From contig JBCCQQ010000024.1 of assembly GCA_039024555.1 (NCBI GenBank), positions 15,149 through 79,148 on the forward strand: a DNA stretch of 64,000 bases, in the 5' to 3' direction. Both the position numbers and the translations under genes were made by a program. Positions 1-9,988 of the stretch are shown here, one piece after another; positions within the stretch are counted from its first letter, which is position 1, and each line of letters opens with the position of its first letter. Under the pieces are notes generated by a model. It searched no databases. It had not been told where the DNA came from and saw only the letters and a program-made list of their open reading frames with translations. The DNA is from Cyanobacteria bacterium P01_D01_bin.156. Lineage in GTDB: Bacteria > Cyanobacteriota > Cyanobacteriia > Phormidesmidales > Phormidesmidaceae.

Positions 1-385
1 CTTTACCGGCAGTGCCCAACACGCTGCCGTCAATTTTCCCCAGTCGGAGTTTATGACCTATGGTTTGAATATGCCCTTGGCAGGCTATGGCACAGCCCCT
101 AAGTCTGCTGATAAAGCCACGGTGAAAGATTACTTTGAACTGCTGCCGTCCTTAGAACAGGCGGAAGTGCAAATGAACATGACCTATCCTTTAGGGTCTC
201 TTTACTACACGCGTCTTGGAGACTACGGTAACTACTTTACAGATGACCGGGTCAAGGCTCCCTTAGCAGCATTCCAAAAATCTTTAAAAGATATTGAAGT
301 AAAAATCGATGATAGGAATGCCACTCGACCAACCCGATACAACTATCTACACCCGGCGAATATTCCCCAGAGCATCAATATCTGA
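1..385 (+). CDS. Lipoxygenase, C-terminal part (5'-truncated by window edge)
   Basis: Frame from base 2 reads FTGSAQHAAVNFPQ (iron-ligand QHAAVNF motif) and ends IPQSINI, with the C-terminal Ile iron ligand typical of lipoxygenases. Confidence 0.9.
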   Translation, partial: FTGSAQHAAVNFPQSEFMTYGLNMPLAGYGTAPKSADKATVKDYFELLPSLEQAEVQMNMTYPLGSLYYTRLGDYGNYFTDDRVKAPLAAFQKSLKDIEVKIDDRNATRPTRYNYLHPANIPQSINI

Positions 386-391
386 TCGCCG

Positions 392-922
392 CTATTGCAC
401 ATTCACATTGAGCACTGAATCATCCTGAGGGCCTAAAATCACCTCTAGGGGGCGCTGGTTACTGCGAGCCTTAACCACCTGACGATATACGTCGTAGCTG
501 GCGGGCAAGGTTTTCTGCTGCCCGGACTGATCCATGGTCATGGTGTAGTCCACAGACTTAATCAGCTCAGGGTTCTCGGACTTTTCATTGTCTTCCTGGC
601 GGGACTCAATATCATCCACCGTCGGCTCCGGGGGCAGGGCGGGCCACCACAGCCCTTCGCTGTCTGGTCCGGTCACCGCCAAGCCAGGCCGCACGCCGTC
701 TTGATTAGCTAGGGATACGGAGGCAAACTTCTCAATCCGGGTATCGTTGGGGCGATCGCGACTGTCATCGCGGTTGTAACGCACCTGCCAGGTGTAAGTG
801 ACCGTGGCCGTAGCGCTATAGTCGCTAGTCACAAAGTTGGTAGTCACCGGCTCACAGCCTGCGATCGCAACCACAGTCCCCAGCAATACACCGCCTAAAC
901 CGTATCCAGTAAGCTTCATCAA
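392..922 (-). CDS. Hypothetical lipoprotein
   Basis: 176-aa ORF with hydrophobic N-terminus and lipobox-like IAGC. Confidence 0.65.
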   Translation of the reverse strand: MMKLTGYGLGGVLLGTVVAIAGCEPVTTNFVTSDYSATATVTYTWQVRYNRDDSRDRPNDTRIEKFASVSLANQDGVRPGLAVTGPDSEGLWWPALPPEPTVDDIESRQEDNEKSENPELIKSVDYTMTMDQSGQQKTLPASYDVYRQVVKARSNQRPLEVILGPQDDSVLNVNVQ

Positions 923-1080
923 TTCTCTTTAAGCAACAGATAGAACCATATCGTGGCTGCCCTTTTCCATCAGCCCCAATGTGCCGCTTATTCTACCAAG
1001 CTAGACAAGTCTGCTATCTTGGCTAGCAGTGGCTAGCAGCTACACGGGATGGCCAAGAGCCGATAACAAGTGTCGTATTT

Positions 1081-1386
1081 ATGTTGATCAAACCCTCCAC
1101 GCTGGGATGGCTAGTAGGTGTGCTCATCACCAGCAGCCTGGTGTTTATGCCAGTGGCCCAAGCCGCCCCCCTATGCCGCACCGTGGCCAATCACCAGATC
1201 TGCATTCTGAAAATCACCCGTAGTGCTAAGCACTATTGGGAATATCGCGCCATCGTCAAAATCGATCAGCAGCGACGTCCCATGGGACGCTACAACTGCC
1301 GCACCGGTAGCTACCTCAACCGCCAGGGCAAATCCACCCCTAAGGACCTTGGCACCCAGGTGATTTGCTCATTTTTCAAGCAGTAA
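1081..1386 (+). CDS. Small secreted hypothetical protein
   Basis: 101 aa, signal peptide ending AQA-A, four Cys, RSAKHYWEYRA segment. Confidence 0.6.
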   Translation: MLIKPSTLGWLVGVLITSSLVFMPVAQAAPLCRTVANHQICILKITRSAKHYWEYRAIVKIDQQRRPMGRYNCRTGSYLNRQGKSTPKDLGTQVICSFFKQ

Positions 1387-1635
1387 GCCCCATTTCAAAC
1401 AGGCAGTGTCCCCGCACCATAGTAGAATCGATACAATTTGTTAAGCAGCTCTAATAAACATTAAGTGACTGTATTCCCTGGAGGGAGGTGGTCTGGCGCA
1501 TTCCAGACAACGTCGCCCGGCTGGAATGCATTTTTTGGTGCTGCAGTAGCTGGACATTGTGTTCTGCCCAATCGGGCGTTTTTAACGGGGCACGCTGTCA
1601 CAGCAGTTATGTTAATTCTAAGGGCAGAAAAGTCT

Positions 1636-2685
1636 ATGACCGCAACACTGGATAGGGCATCCGCCAATAAATTTTCAACTGGGCCAATGGCCGATGTAAC
1701 GCTTCGGGATGTAATTCGGAGCATTCCTAAGGATTGTTTTGAGAAAAATTCCCGTAAAGCCTGGCAAAAAGTGGCTCTCAGTATTGTCATGGCGGTTTTA
1801 GGGTACGTTGCGATCGCCCTATCCCCGTGGTTTTTACTGCCGTTTGCTTGGTTTTTTGCCGGTACAGCCCTCACTGGCTGGTTTGTCATTGGCCACGACT
1901 GCGGGCACCGGTCCTTTTCCAACAGCCGTTTGGTAAACAATATCGTTGGTCACATTGCCTTTTTGCCCCTGATCTATCCCTTTCATCCGTGGCGACTGCT
2001 CCATGACCACCACCATCGCCATACCAATAAGCAGGAAGTGGATAATGCCTGGCATCCTTGGTATGTAGAGGCTTTCCAGTCCAACGGTAAGGTTTTGCAA
2101 ACTGCCTACTGGCTGATGCGCGGTCGTCTGTGGTGGTTAGCTTCGATTATTCACTGGGCTGGCATTCACTTTAACCTCAACAACTTTGACCAGCGCGATA
2201 AGGACAAAGCCAAGTTTTCCATTGCCGTGGTTGCCATCTTTGCAGCCATTGTCTTTCCTACAATGATTGCCACCATTGGCGTCTGGGGCTGGGTCAAGTT
2301 TTGGCTAATGCCGTGGCTGGGCTATCACTTCTGGATGAGCACCTTTACCTTGGTACACCATACGGCTCCTGATATTCAGTTTCGTCCCCAGGCTACCTGG
2401 AATGAAGTGGAATCCCAGCTAGCGGGTACTGTGCACTGTGACTATCCCAAGTGGATTGAGGCGCTGTGCCACGACATTAATGTCCATGTCCCCCACCATA
2501 TCTCCACTGGTATTCCCTCCTACAATCTGCGCAAAGCCCACCAAAGCCTTAAGGAAACCTGGGGCGATCGGGTGCGTATCCGTGAGGAGAAGTTTACTTG
2601 GCAGTTTATGCGTGGCATTGTCGATCACTGTCATCTCTACCATTCAGAAACGGCCTACATTCCCTTTCATGCCCTACGTAAGTAG
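1636..2685 (+). CDS. desA: Delta-12 acyl-lipid (omega-6) fatty acid desaturase
   Basis: Three His boxes GHDCGH, HDHHH and HVPHH; start placed at ATG 1636 (MTATLD) rather than the upstream GTG. Confidence 0.9.
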   Translation: MTATLDRASANKFSTGPMADVTLRDVIRSIPKDCFEKNSRKAWQKVALSIVMAVLGYVAIALSPWFLLPFAWFFAGTALTGWFVIGHDCGHRSFSNSRLVNNIVGHIAFLPLIYPFHPWRLLHDHHHRHTNKQEVDNAWHPWYVEAFQSNGKVLQTAYWLMRGRLWWLASIIHWAGIHFNLNNFDQRDKDKAKFSIAVVAIFAAIVFPTMIATIGVWGWVKFWLMPWLGYHFWMSTFTLVHHTAPDIQFRPQATWNEVESQLAGTVHCDYPKWIEALCHDINVHVPHHISTGIPSYNLRKAHQSLKETWGDRVRIREEKFTWQFMRGIVDHCHLYHSETAYIPFHALRK

Positions 2686-2737
2686 TCAGTTTGCCGTGTA
2701 ACAGCCGATTTTCATCGGTGATTAAGATTAGTAGGTT

Positions 2738-2773
2738 TAAAGAGGGTTCTGGTAATTACCAGAACCCTCTTTA
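2738..2773. terminator. Perfect 36-bp palindrome after desA, probable intrinsic terminator
   Basis: TAAAGAGGGTTCTGGTAA followed immediately by its exact reverse complement TTACCAGAACCCTCTTTA. Confidence 0.75.
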
Positions 2774-3405
2774 GTCTTTGCCTGGTGGTTCAGCTGACCA
2801 CGATCGCCACCATCAGCAAAACAAAGCTCTGAGAAAAATGAAACTTGTGTGTAGGCCTCTGGGAAAGCCGTAACAATAGACAGTTTGTAAACTGTCTACG
2901 CCAAAATACTGATAGATACTTTTTTTACAGCTACCATACGTAGAAAAGTGCCGAAACCCTTTATGTTTTCTAGGAAAAGTGGATAGGCTAAACACGTAAA
3001 CTACCCGAACTTAAAGCTGCCTCTCAGTAGAATTACGTCCATACTGAGAAAAGGTATGTTCAATTTATCCGTAAAGATCTAGTTAAATCGGCTGATGATA
3101 ATTCTCCTTCGGTCAAGGAATATTAAACCAGTTGTTCCCTGACTACGTACGCATGTGGATAATAAGTACGATTTTAGAAAAAGGCGATATCGAAGAGGCG
3201 ATTGCTAAGGCCCTAGCGATGAAAGCTCAGCGTCCTAGCTATCTTCCTCCCCAGGGGTTTCTACTATCCATACTTAATCGTATTGGTAATCATTCACCGT
3301 CAGAAGTTACAGGAGTGGTGGATGTACCGGTAATTGACCGTAGCTAAGGGCACGATGGACGTCTAGCTGTCTTTAGTTAAGGGTGTTAAACCAGCCAGCT
3401 TTCTT

Positions 3406-3437
3406 TCCCCTGTGTTCTGTCGAGCACAGGGGATTTT
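3406..3437 (+). terminator. Rho-independent terminator-like hairpin
   Basis: TCCCCTGTGTTC-tgtc-GAGCACAGGGGA followed by TTTT. Confidence 0.55.
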
Positions 3438-3599
3438 GCTGTTACTGATTTAGGGGATGAAACAATCTGTAGAACTTGCCAGTTGGCTAAAGTTGACAGA
3501 TAAAATTCTCCCGAGGATCGGCAACGTCAGGATTTTCATTGAAATCTGTTAGCAAACTAGGACACTGCATTTCACCGTGTTATCAATTTCCAGAATTGG

Positions 3600-4514
3600 G
3601 TGAAAATTGTTGGTCAGAGGGGAACATTTGATGCAGACGACCTCTTTACTATTTTCATGAGTCAGCCGGTTCTGCCGAAGTCTACCCCCTCCGAATATAA
3701 ACGTCTATTTCGCGTTGCGGTACTAACCTCCACAGCTGCCGGAATGTTAGAACGGCAGCGGGCTCGACTCCGTGAGCGAGTGGAAATTCTAGGGGTGGAA
3801 ATTGATAATCTCTCCCAGCGGCAGTTTTTAGCAGAACTTACCAAGGGAGTTATCTTCACCCCCAATGTGGATCACTTGATGAAGCTGCAGGAAAATACGG
3901 AGTTTCAGGAAGCTTACCGACAGGCTGACTATAAGATATGCGATAGTCAAATTTTGATGTATGCGTCCAAGCTATTGGGCAAGCCATTAAAAGAGAAAAT
4001 ATCGGGTTCTGATTTGCTGCCCCTGTTCTGCGACTATCACAAAGATAATCCAGACATTACTATATTTTTGCTTGGAGGGGCAGAAGGCGTTGCCAAGCGA
4101 GCTCAAATTAATATTAATGAGAAGGCCGGACGAGAGATTGTAATCGCGGCCCATTCTCCATCCTTTGGCTTTGAAAAAAGTGAAGCAGAATGTCAGGCCA
4201 TCATTGATATTGTCAATGCCTCTCAAGCTACGGTCTTAGCAGTGGGGGTGGGTGCCCCCAAACAGGAACTATGGATTGCTAAGTACCGCAGTCAGATGCC
4301 AGGGGTAAAAATCTTTATGGCGGTGGGTGCGGCCCTGGATTTTGAGGCGGGCAACAAACCCAGAGCACCAAAGTTTTGGAGCGATTTGGGTCTAGAGTGG
4401 ATGTACCGACTGCTGTCTGAGCCCAAACGTTTGTGGAAACGCTATCTGCTTGATGATTTACCCTTTTTCAAGTTGTTGCTGCAGGAAAAATTTAAACAGG
4501 GTTCGAATAAGTAG
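3600..4514 (+). CDS. WecB/TagA/CpsF family glycosyltransferase
   Basis: TPNVDH, GSDL, VGVGAPKQE, GAALDF and GLEWMYRL..EPKRLWKRY motifs; true start may be downstream (ATG 3657). Confidence 0.9.
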   Translation: MKIVGQRGTFDADDLFTIFMSQPVLPKSTPSEYKRLFRVAVLTSTAAGMLERQRARLRERVEILGVEIDNLSQRQFLAELTKGVIFTPNVDHLMKLQENTEFQEAYRQADYKICDSQILMYASKLLGKPLKEKISGSDLLPLFCDYHKDNPDITIFLLGGAEGVAKRAQININEKAGREIVIAAHSPSFGFEKSEAECQAIIDIVNASQATVLAVGVGAPKQELWIAKYRSQMPGVKIFMAVGAALDFEAGNKPRAPKFWSDLGLEWMYRLLSEPKRLWKRYLLDDLPFFKLLLQEKFKQGSNK

Positions 4515-4603
4515 GGGGTTTACTCGTATTTGACCGGTGGCCCCATAAGCAGAATTGATTTAAATCTTGCATACTAGTCAGGGAATCAATCCTTGATGGT
4601 CAA

Positions 4604-5785
4604 ATGCAGTATCGTCGATTTGGACGCACAGAGTTACAAATATCGGTATTTTCCTGTGGTGGCATGCGCTACCAGCACTCGTGGCAAGATATTCCCCAGC
4701 GGCAAATTCCAGCTAAAAACCAGGAAAATTTGGACGCGACCATCAAGCGGTCCTTTGAACTGGGGATTAACCACATCGAGACGGCACGAGGTTACGGCAC
4801 CTCAGAAATTCAGCTGGGTAAGGTGCTACCCACGCTGCCCCGCGATCGCATTATTGTTCAAACTAAGGTTACTCCCAGAGAAAACCCCAAAGAATTTCTA
4901 GCCACTTTTGAAAAGTCCATCAAAAACCTGCAGCTGGACTATGTGGACCTGCTGGGTATTCACGGCATTAATACCCATAAATTGCTGGACTGGACTCTGC
5001 GGCCTAGCGGTTGTATGGATGTGGTACGCGAGCTGCAACGCCAGGGGCGGGTGCGTCACGTTGGCTTTTCCACCCACGGTCCCACGGACGTGATTGTGGA
5101 TACGGTCAACACCGGCCAGTTTGACTATATGAATCTGCACTGGTACTACATTTTTCAGGATAACTGGCCCGCCATTGAAGCGGCCCAAAACCATGATGTG
5201 GGGGTATTTATCATTAGCCCCTCGGATAAAGGAGGGCACCTGTACGCCCCACCGCCACAGCTGGTAGATTTGTGTGCGCCCTTAAGCCCCATGGTGTTTA
5301 ACGATCTGTTTTGTCTTAGTCATTCCCAGATTCATACCCTCAGTTTAGGGGCAGCAAAACCCAGTGACTTTGATGAACACCTAAAGGTGCTGCCATTGAT
5401 TGAGCAGGCCGACCAGGTGCTGCCGACGATTTTAGACCGCCTAGAGCAGCGCGCGATCGCAGCCCTAGGCGAAACCTGGTACAAAACCTGGAATGTAGGT
5501 CTACCAAAGCCTGCCGACACCCCCGGCAACCTGAATATTCCCATTACCCTATGGCTTGGTAATCTAATGGATGCCTTTGACATGACCGAGTTTGCGGCGG
5601 CCCGCTACAACCTACTGGGTGGGGGCAGCCACTGGTTTCCGGGGGAGCGGGCCGATCGGCTAGCCTCGTTAGATCTCAAACGGTGTTTGCAGCACAGCCC
5701 CCATCAGGAGGTGATTCCCCAACGCCTTGCCGATATCCATCGGCGTTTAGCAGGTGCTAAGGTCAAGCGCTTGTCAGAGTCATAA
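4604..5785 (+). CDS. Aldo/keto reductase
   Basis: MQYRRFGRT start, GINHIETARGYG, LDYVDLLGIHG and VGFSTHG motifs. Confidence 0.9.
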   Translation: MQYRRFGRTELQISVFSCGGMRYQHSWQDIPQRQIPAKNQENLDATIKRSFELGINHIETARGYGTSEIQLGKVLPTLPRDRIIVQTKVTPRENPKEFLATFEKSIKNLQLDYVDLLGIHGINTHKLLDWTLRPSGCMDVVRELQRQGRVRHVGFSTHGPTDVIVDTVNTGQFDYMNLHWYYIFQDNWPAIEAAQNHDVGVFIISPSDKGGHLYAPPPQLVDLCAPLSPMVFNDLFCLSHSQIHTLSLGAAKPSDFDEHLKVLPLIEQADQVLPTILDRLEQRAIAALGETWYKTWNVGLPKPADTPGNLNIPITLWLGNLMDAFDMTEFAAARYNLLGGGSHWFPGERADRLASLDLKRCLQHSPHQEVIPQRLADIHRRLAGAKVKRLSES

Positions 5786-5796
5786 CCGCTTGTGCC

Positions 5797-7404
5797 ATGC
5801 AGAGACGACAGTTTATCTATGCAGCAGGGAGTAGCTTGGCGGCTCTTCAATCTCACAGGTTGGTGCATCTGGTCTACGCTGACGAGCAGTCTTTTCAGTG
5901 TCGCGCCTATCTCCCTAATGGTGCTCCTTTAGCAGAAGCCTCCCTTAGTAAGCTTTACTTTCTCACACTGCAGGATGAGCCCCTGCCTAATCCCGAACGA
6001 ACCGTTGAAAACGGGCTATTAGTCTCTCAGGCACCGTCCCAGTGGCCGGTCGCAATTGCCCTACAGCTTCCGGTAGCAGGCTTTGGGGATATTACAGTTT
6101 ATGCAGACAACAAGGGACAGGGGTTTCTGCCAGAGGACTTTCCCCTGATATTAAATCAGGTATTTGCCCGCGATCGCATTGCCCGCATTAGCCGCTTTTT
6201 AGTCCACTGGAAACAACAAGGGTATCGATTCCCCAAAACAATTTACCAAACCTTAGAGAAGGCCACAGTTCTCTTCCAAAGAGCAGAACAGCAGACAATA
6301 CTCTCTACCCAAGTTCGATTTTGGAACGCTGCCCTGAGCCAAGCTCTCTGGGCAGGGGAAGACCTTGCGCTCAGCCGTGCTAGACAGCGGATTGCCACCG
6401 GTGAACCCCGAAGAGAGTTCAAATTTGGCTGTAATGCATTTGCCCACCCTGCGGCAGGCCCAGCCTACGATCGTTATTTTGAAGCACTGTTTAACTATGG
6501 AACGGTTCCCTTTTACTGGAGAAGTTTTGAACCCCAACAGGGGAGACCGGGGTTTGACCGCATCGATCAACAGATAGTCTGGTTAGAGTAGGCAGACATT
6601 ATTGCCAAAGGACATCCCCTGGTGTGGTTCCACGACGTCAGTATTCCTGATTGGGTTCGTGATCAGTCCTACGACAGGGTAAAGGCCGCCCTGCGTCGGC
6701 GCATCTTAGAGATTGTTCGCCATTATGGAGAGCGCATTCCCTACTATGACGTGATTAATGAAGCCCACGGTGTACCCTGGGCCAACGGGCTAAACTACAG
6801 CCGTGAACAGTTTCTTGAGCTCACCCGGATGGCCTGCGAGGTCACCCGAGAAGAAAATCCAAATATACAACGCGTTGTTAATAGCTGTTGTTTGTGGGCC
6901 AAACAGGTGGCCCTATTTGGCTCTGGGTTTCAGAGCCCCTTTGACTATATTAAAACCTGTCTAAAGGCGAAGATTCCCTTTGAAGTGATCGGTCTTCAGC
7001 TTTACTATTCCCATCAGGATATGTTCGAGATTGATCGCATGCTGGACCGCTTTGCCAGCCTGGGTAAGCCTATCCACATTACTGAAATGTCCACCTCCTC
7101 TGCAACGGGCATTGATGACAATTCGCAGCTGGGTGAGGCCCGTGGACTATGGCATGCGCCTTGGACTGAAACAATTCAGGCGGACTGGGCAGAGCAAATT
7201 TACACGTTGGCCTACAGTAAACCGGAAATTGAAGCTGTCACCTGGTGGGATCTGTCGGATCAAAATACCTTCTGGCCCTTTGGGGGACTGTTGAATCAGG
7301 AAAACCGTCCTAAGAGGGCTTATTACCGAATTCAGGCTTTGCAACAGAACTGGGGCGTTGCTAAACAAGAAAACTCTCTTATGAATGGTGCGATCGCACA
7401 TTGA
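5797..7404 (+). pseudogene. GH10 (endo-1,4-beta-xylanase-like) glycoside hydrolase interrupted by one in-frame TAG at 6589-6591
   Basis: The two track ORFs are in the same frame and read WLE*ADIIAKGHPLVWFH across the junction; GH10 motifs KGHPLVW, DVINE and PIHITE present; twin-Arg-like N-terminus. Confidence 0.8.
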
Positions 7405-7592
7405 GTCCATCGCCTATCTAACGGTTTTGGCCACAGCTCCATTGCTCCAATCCCGAGCGCCCTAAACCGCAGCCTAGGATACAGCGGTGGTGAAAAATGT
7501 TTGCAATGCTGTAGGGTGTTTTTACTCCGGATAGCGACTCGTTTTCCTGAGTTTACCGTCGTACTTTCATAACTCTGCCTTAGGAGAGAATC

Positions 7593-8783
7593 ATGTCCCA
7601 TCGACGCACTTTTCGTTTTTCTCGTCGTCAGGTTGTTCGTGGCCTGCTAGCCACCTCAGCCTTTGGCATGGCAACTAAGTTAAATGCCTGTGCGACATCT
7701 CCAGAGTCTGCGGCAGATGGAGCAGATACCGCCGAAACAGCAGCGGCGGAAATTCCGGTGGGCTTTATCTACGTAGGCCCCAAGGATGACTTTGGTTACA
7801 ACCAAGCCCATGCCGAAGGGGCCGCCGCCATGGCCAAGGTGTCGGGCATCAAAATTATTGAAGAAGCCAGCGTTCCAGAAACAACGGCGGTGCTGGAAAC
7901 CATGCGCAGCATGATCGAAATCGACGGGGCAAAAGTTCTATTTCCCACATCGTTTGGCTACTTTGACCCCTACATTTTAGAACTGGCTGCCGAATTCCCT
8001 GATGTGCAGTTCTTCCATGCCGGGGGGCTTTACCAGGATGGAGTGCATCCCAATAATGTGGGCAGCTACTTTGGCTACATCGACGAAGCCCAGTACATTG
8101 CTGGTGTAGTGGCAGGCCACATGTCTAAGGACGGTAATCTGGGGTTTGTTGCGGCTAAACCCATTCCCCAGGTCCTACGCAATATCAATAGCTTTACCCT
8201 CGGGGCAAAATCCATCAACCCAGCGGCCACCACCCAGGTAATTTTCACTGGCGACTGGGCATTGCCGGTAAAAGAAGCCGAGGCCACCAACAGCATGGCC
8301 GATCAGGGCATCGATGTGGTCACCTGCCACGTGGACAGCCCCAAGGTAGTCATGGAAACTGCAGAAAAGCGCGGCATTTTTAGTTCCGGGTATCACGCCA
8401 ACCAAGGACCGTTAGCTCCCAAGGGCTATTTGACCGGGGCCGAGTGGGACTGGATTAGTATCTACACTTTCCTCGGAGAACAGTTTGTGGCGGGTAAAAC
8501 CCTCATGGCCGGAGATATTGAGCATATTCTGCGCGGTGGTCTAGCAGATAAGTTCTGTAAGCTCTCTCCCTACGGGCCAGCGGTAACTGATGAAGCCAAG
8601 GCGGATGCTGAGGCCGCTAGGGAGAAAATTCTCAAGGGTGAACTGGTGATCTACGAGGGCGAGCTTAAGGACAATACGGGCAAGTCTATTTTGTCTGCAG
8701 GTGAAAAGTACGAGCAGCAAAATATCGAACTGGAAAAAATGAATTGGCTGATCGAAGGTGTTAAGGGCAGCATTGACGGTTAA
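7593..8783 (+). CDS. BMP family ABC transporter substrate-binding lipoprotein
   Basis: Tat-like SRRQVVR plus lipobox Cys; VGFIYVGPKDDFGYNQAH motif. Confidence 0.9.
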   Translation: MSHRRTFRFSRRQVVRGLLATSAFGMATKLNACATSPESAADGADTAETAAAEIPVGFIYVGPKDDFGYNQAHAEGAAAMAKVSGIKIIEEASVPETTAVLETMRSMIEIDGAKVLFPTSFGYFDPYILELAAEFPDVQFFHAGGLYQDGVHPNNVGSYFGYIDEAQYIAGVVAGHMSKDGNLGFVAAKPIPQVLRNINSFTLGAKSINPAATTQVIFTGDWALPVKEAEATNSMADQGIDVVTCHVDSPKVVMETAEKRGIFSSGYHANQGPLAPKGYLTGAEWDWISIYTFLGEQFVAGKTLMAGDIEHILRGGLADKFCKLSPYGPAVTDEAKADAEAAREKILKGELVIYEGELKDNTGKSILSAGEKYEQQNIELEKMNWLIEGVKGSIDG

Positions 8784-9865
8784 TGGTCAGTCTCTTTCAA
8801 CCAGGAGCAGTACCTGGTCAATGGCGGCGATCCTTAGAGGCCATTGTGTTGCCGGTGGCTGCTTTACTGGTGGCCCTAGTCATTTTTGGTTGTTTTTGTG
8901 CCCTGGCAGGGGCTAATCCATTTGCCGTTTACGGTTCAATTTATAAGGCTGCTTTTGGTCGCTGGAGTGCCTGGCAAAATACATTACTGCGGGCCGCACC
9001 GCTGATGTTGACGGCTCTATGTACGGCTTTGCCTGCCCGTCTGGGATTGGTGATTATTGGCAACGAGGGCGCTCTGGTGATGGGGGGACTGGCTGCCGTA
9101 GTGGTGGGATTAGGTGTGGGTGCATCCCTACCGCCCCTAGCAGCTCAGACGGCGATGGCCTTGGCGGGCATGACCGCTGGTGGGCTATGGATCATGCTTT
9201 CGGGGGCATTGCGCCACTATCGCGGGGTGAATGAAACCATCAGTAGTTTGTTGTTGAACTACATTGCGATCGCGCTAATGAACCACCTGGTAGAAGGCCC
9301 CATGCGCGACAGTAGCTTTGTTACCAAACCATCCTCCGCTGAACTAGACCCCAGCATTTGGTTAGGCACCATTCCCGGCAGCCGCATCCATTTTGGTTTG
9401 CTCTATGGCTTAATTGTCTGTATTCTCGCCTACGTGCTGATCCAGCGCACCACCTTTGGTTTTGCCGCCCGGACTGCCGGTGGCAATGTGCGTGCCGCCA
9501 GAATTGCAGGGTTACCCGTGGGTAAGCTCACCCTGGCAATTTGTTTTTTAGGAGGTTCCGCCGCTGGCCTAGCAGGCATGGTAGAGGTTGCTGCTGTGCA
9601 AAAGCGCATTAACGAATCCCTGGTGTCTAACTATGGCTATGCCGGTATTCTGGTCGCCTTTGTTTCTCGCCATAATCCACTAGCAACAATCTTAGTAGCC
9701 ATCTTGCTGGGGGGAATTCTCGCCAGCGGCGGCATTCTCCAACGGTCCCACGATTTGCCAGATGCCACAGTGCTAGTTTTCCAAGGAATTGTGTTTTTGT
9801 GTGTTTTATTTAGCGATTCGCTCTATGGCAAATTGCCCTGGTTTAGAGAAGCAGTGGATGGGTAA
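8783..9865 (+). CDS. ABC transporter permease (nucleoside/BMP type)
   Basis: Multi-TM protein with IGNEG, NETISSLLLNY and GYAGILVA motifs; overlaps the previous stop codon. Confidence 0.9.
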   Translation: MVSLFQPGAVPGQWRRSLEAIVLPVAALLVALVIFGCFCALAGANPFAVYGSIYKAAFGRWSAWQNTLLRAAPLMLTALCTALPARLGLVIIGNEGALVMGGLAAVVVGLGVGASLPPLAAQTAMALAGMTAGGLWIMLSGALRHYRGVNETISSLLLNYIAIALMNHLVEGPMRDSSFVTKPSSAELDPSIWLGTIPGSRIHFGLLYGLIVCILAYVLIQRTTFGFAARTAGGNVRAARIAGLPVGKLTLAICFLGGSAAGLAGMVEVAAVQKRINESLVSNYGYAGILVAFVSRHNPLATILVAILLGGILASGGILQRSHDLPDATVLVFQGIVFLCVLFSDSLYGKLPWFREAVDG

Positions 9866-9880
9866 CCATCATGTTGTTCT

Positions 9881-9906
9881 GTAGGGGCAATCCCTTGTGG
9901 TTGCCC
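9881..9906 (+). repeat. GTAG-type REP-like hairpin
   Basis: GTAG-GGGCAA-tcccttgtgg-TTGCCC in an intergenic gap; second copy at 26327-26353 on the minus strand. Confidence 0.6.
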
Positions 9907-9988
9907 GTCAATATTAGAAACAGAAAATCAGGGTGGTCAATGCCATCGTCCAGTATTCAATGTAGATTTGTGGCGAGGTTAATCAACA

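Noticed and set aside
6589..6591. Pyrrolysine or genetic-code reassignment of TAG
   Set aside because: TAG ends many intact genes in the window and no pyl genes are present
7405..7592. Guanidine riboswitch or NtcA box upstream of the BMP operon
   Set aside because: No ykkC-type 3' motif recognised; the GTA...TAC candidate has 9-nt rather than 8-nt spacing
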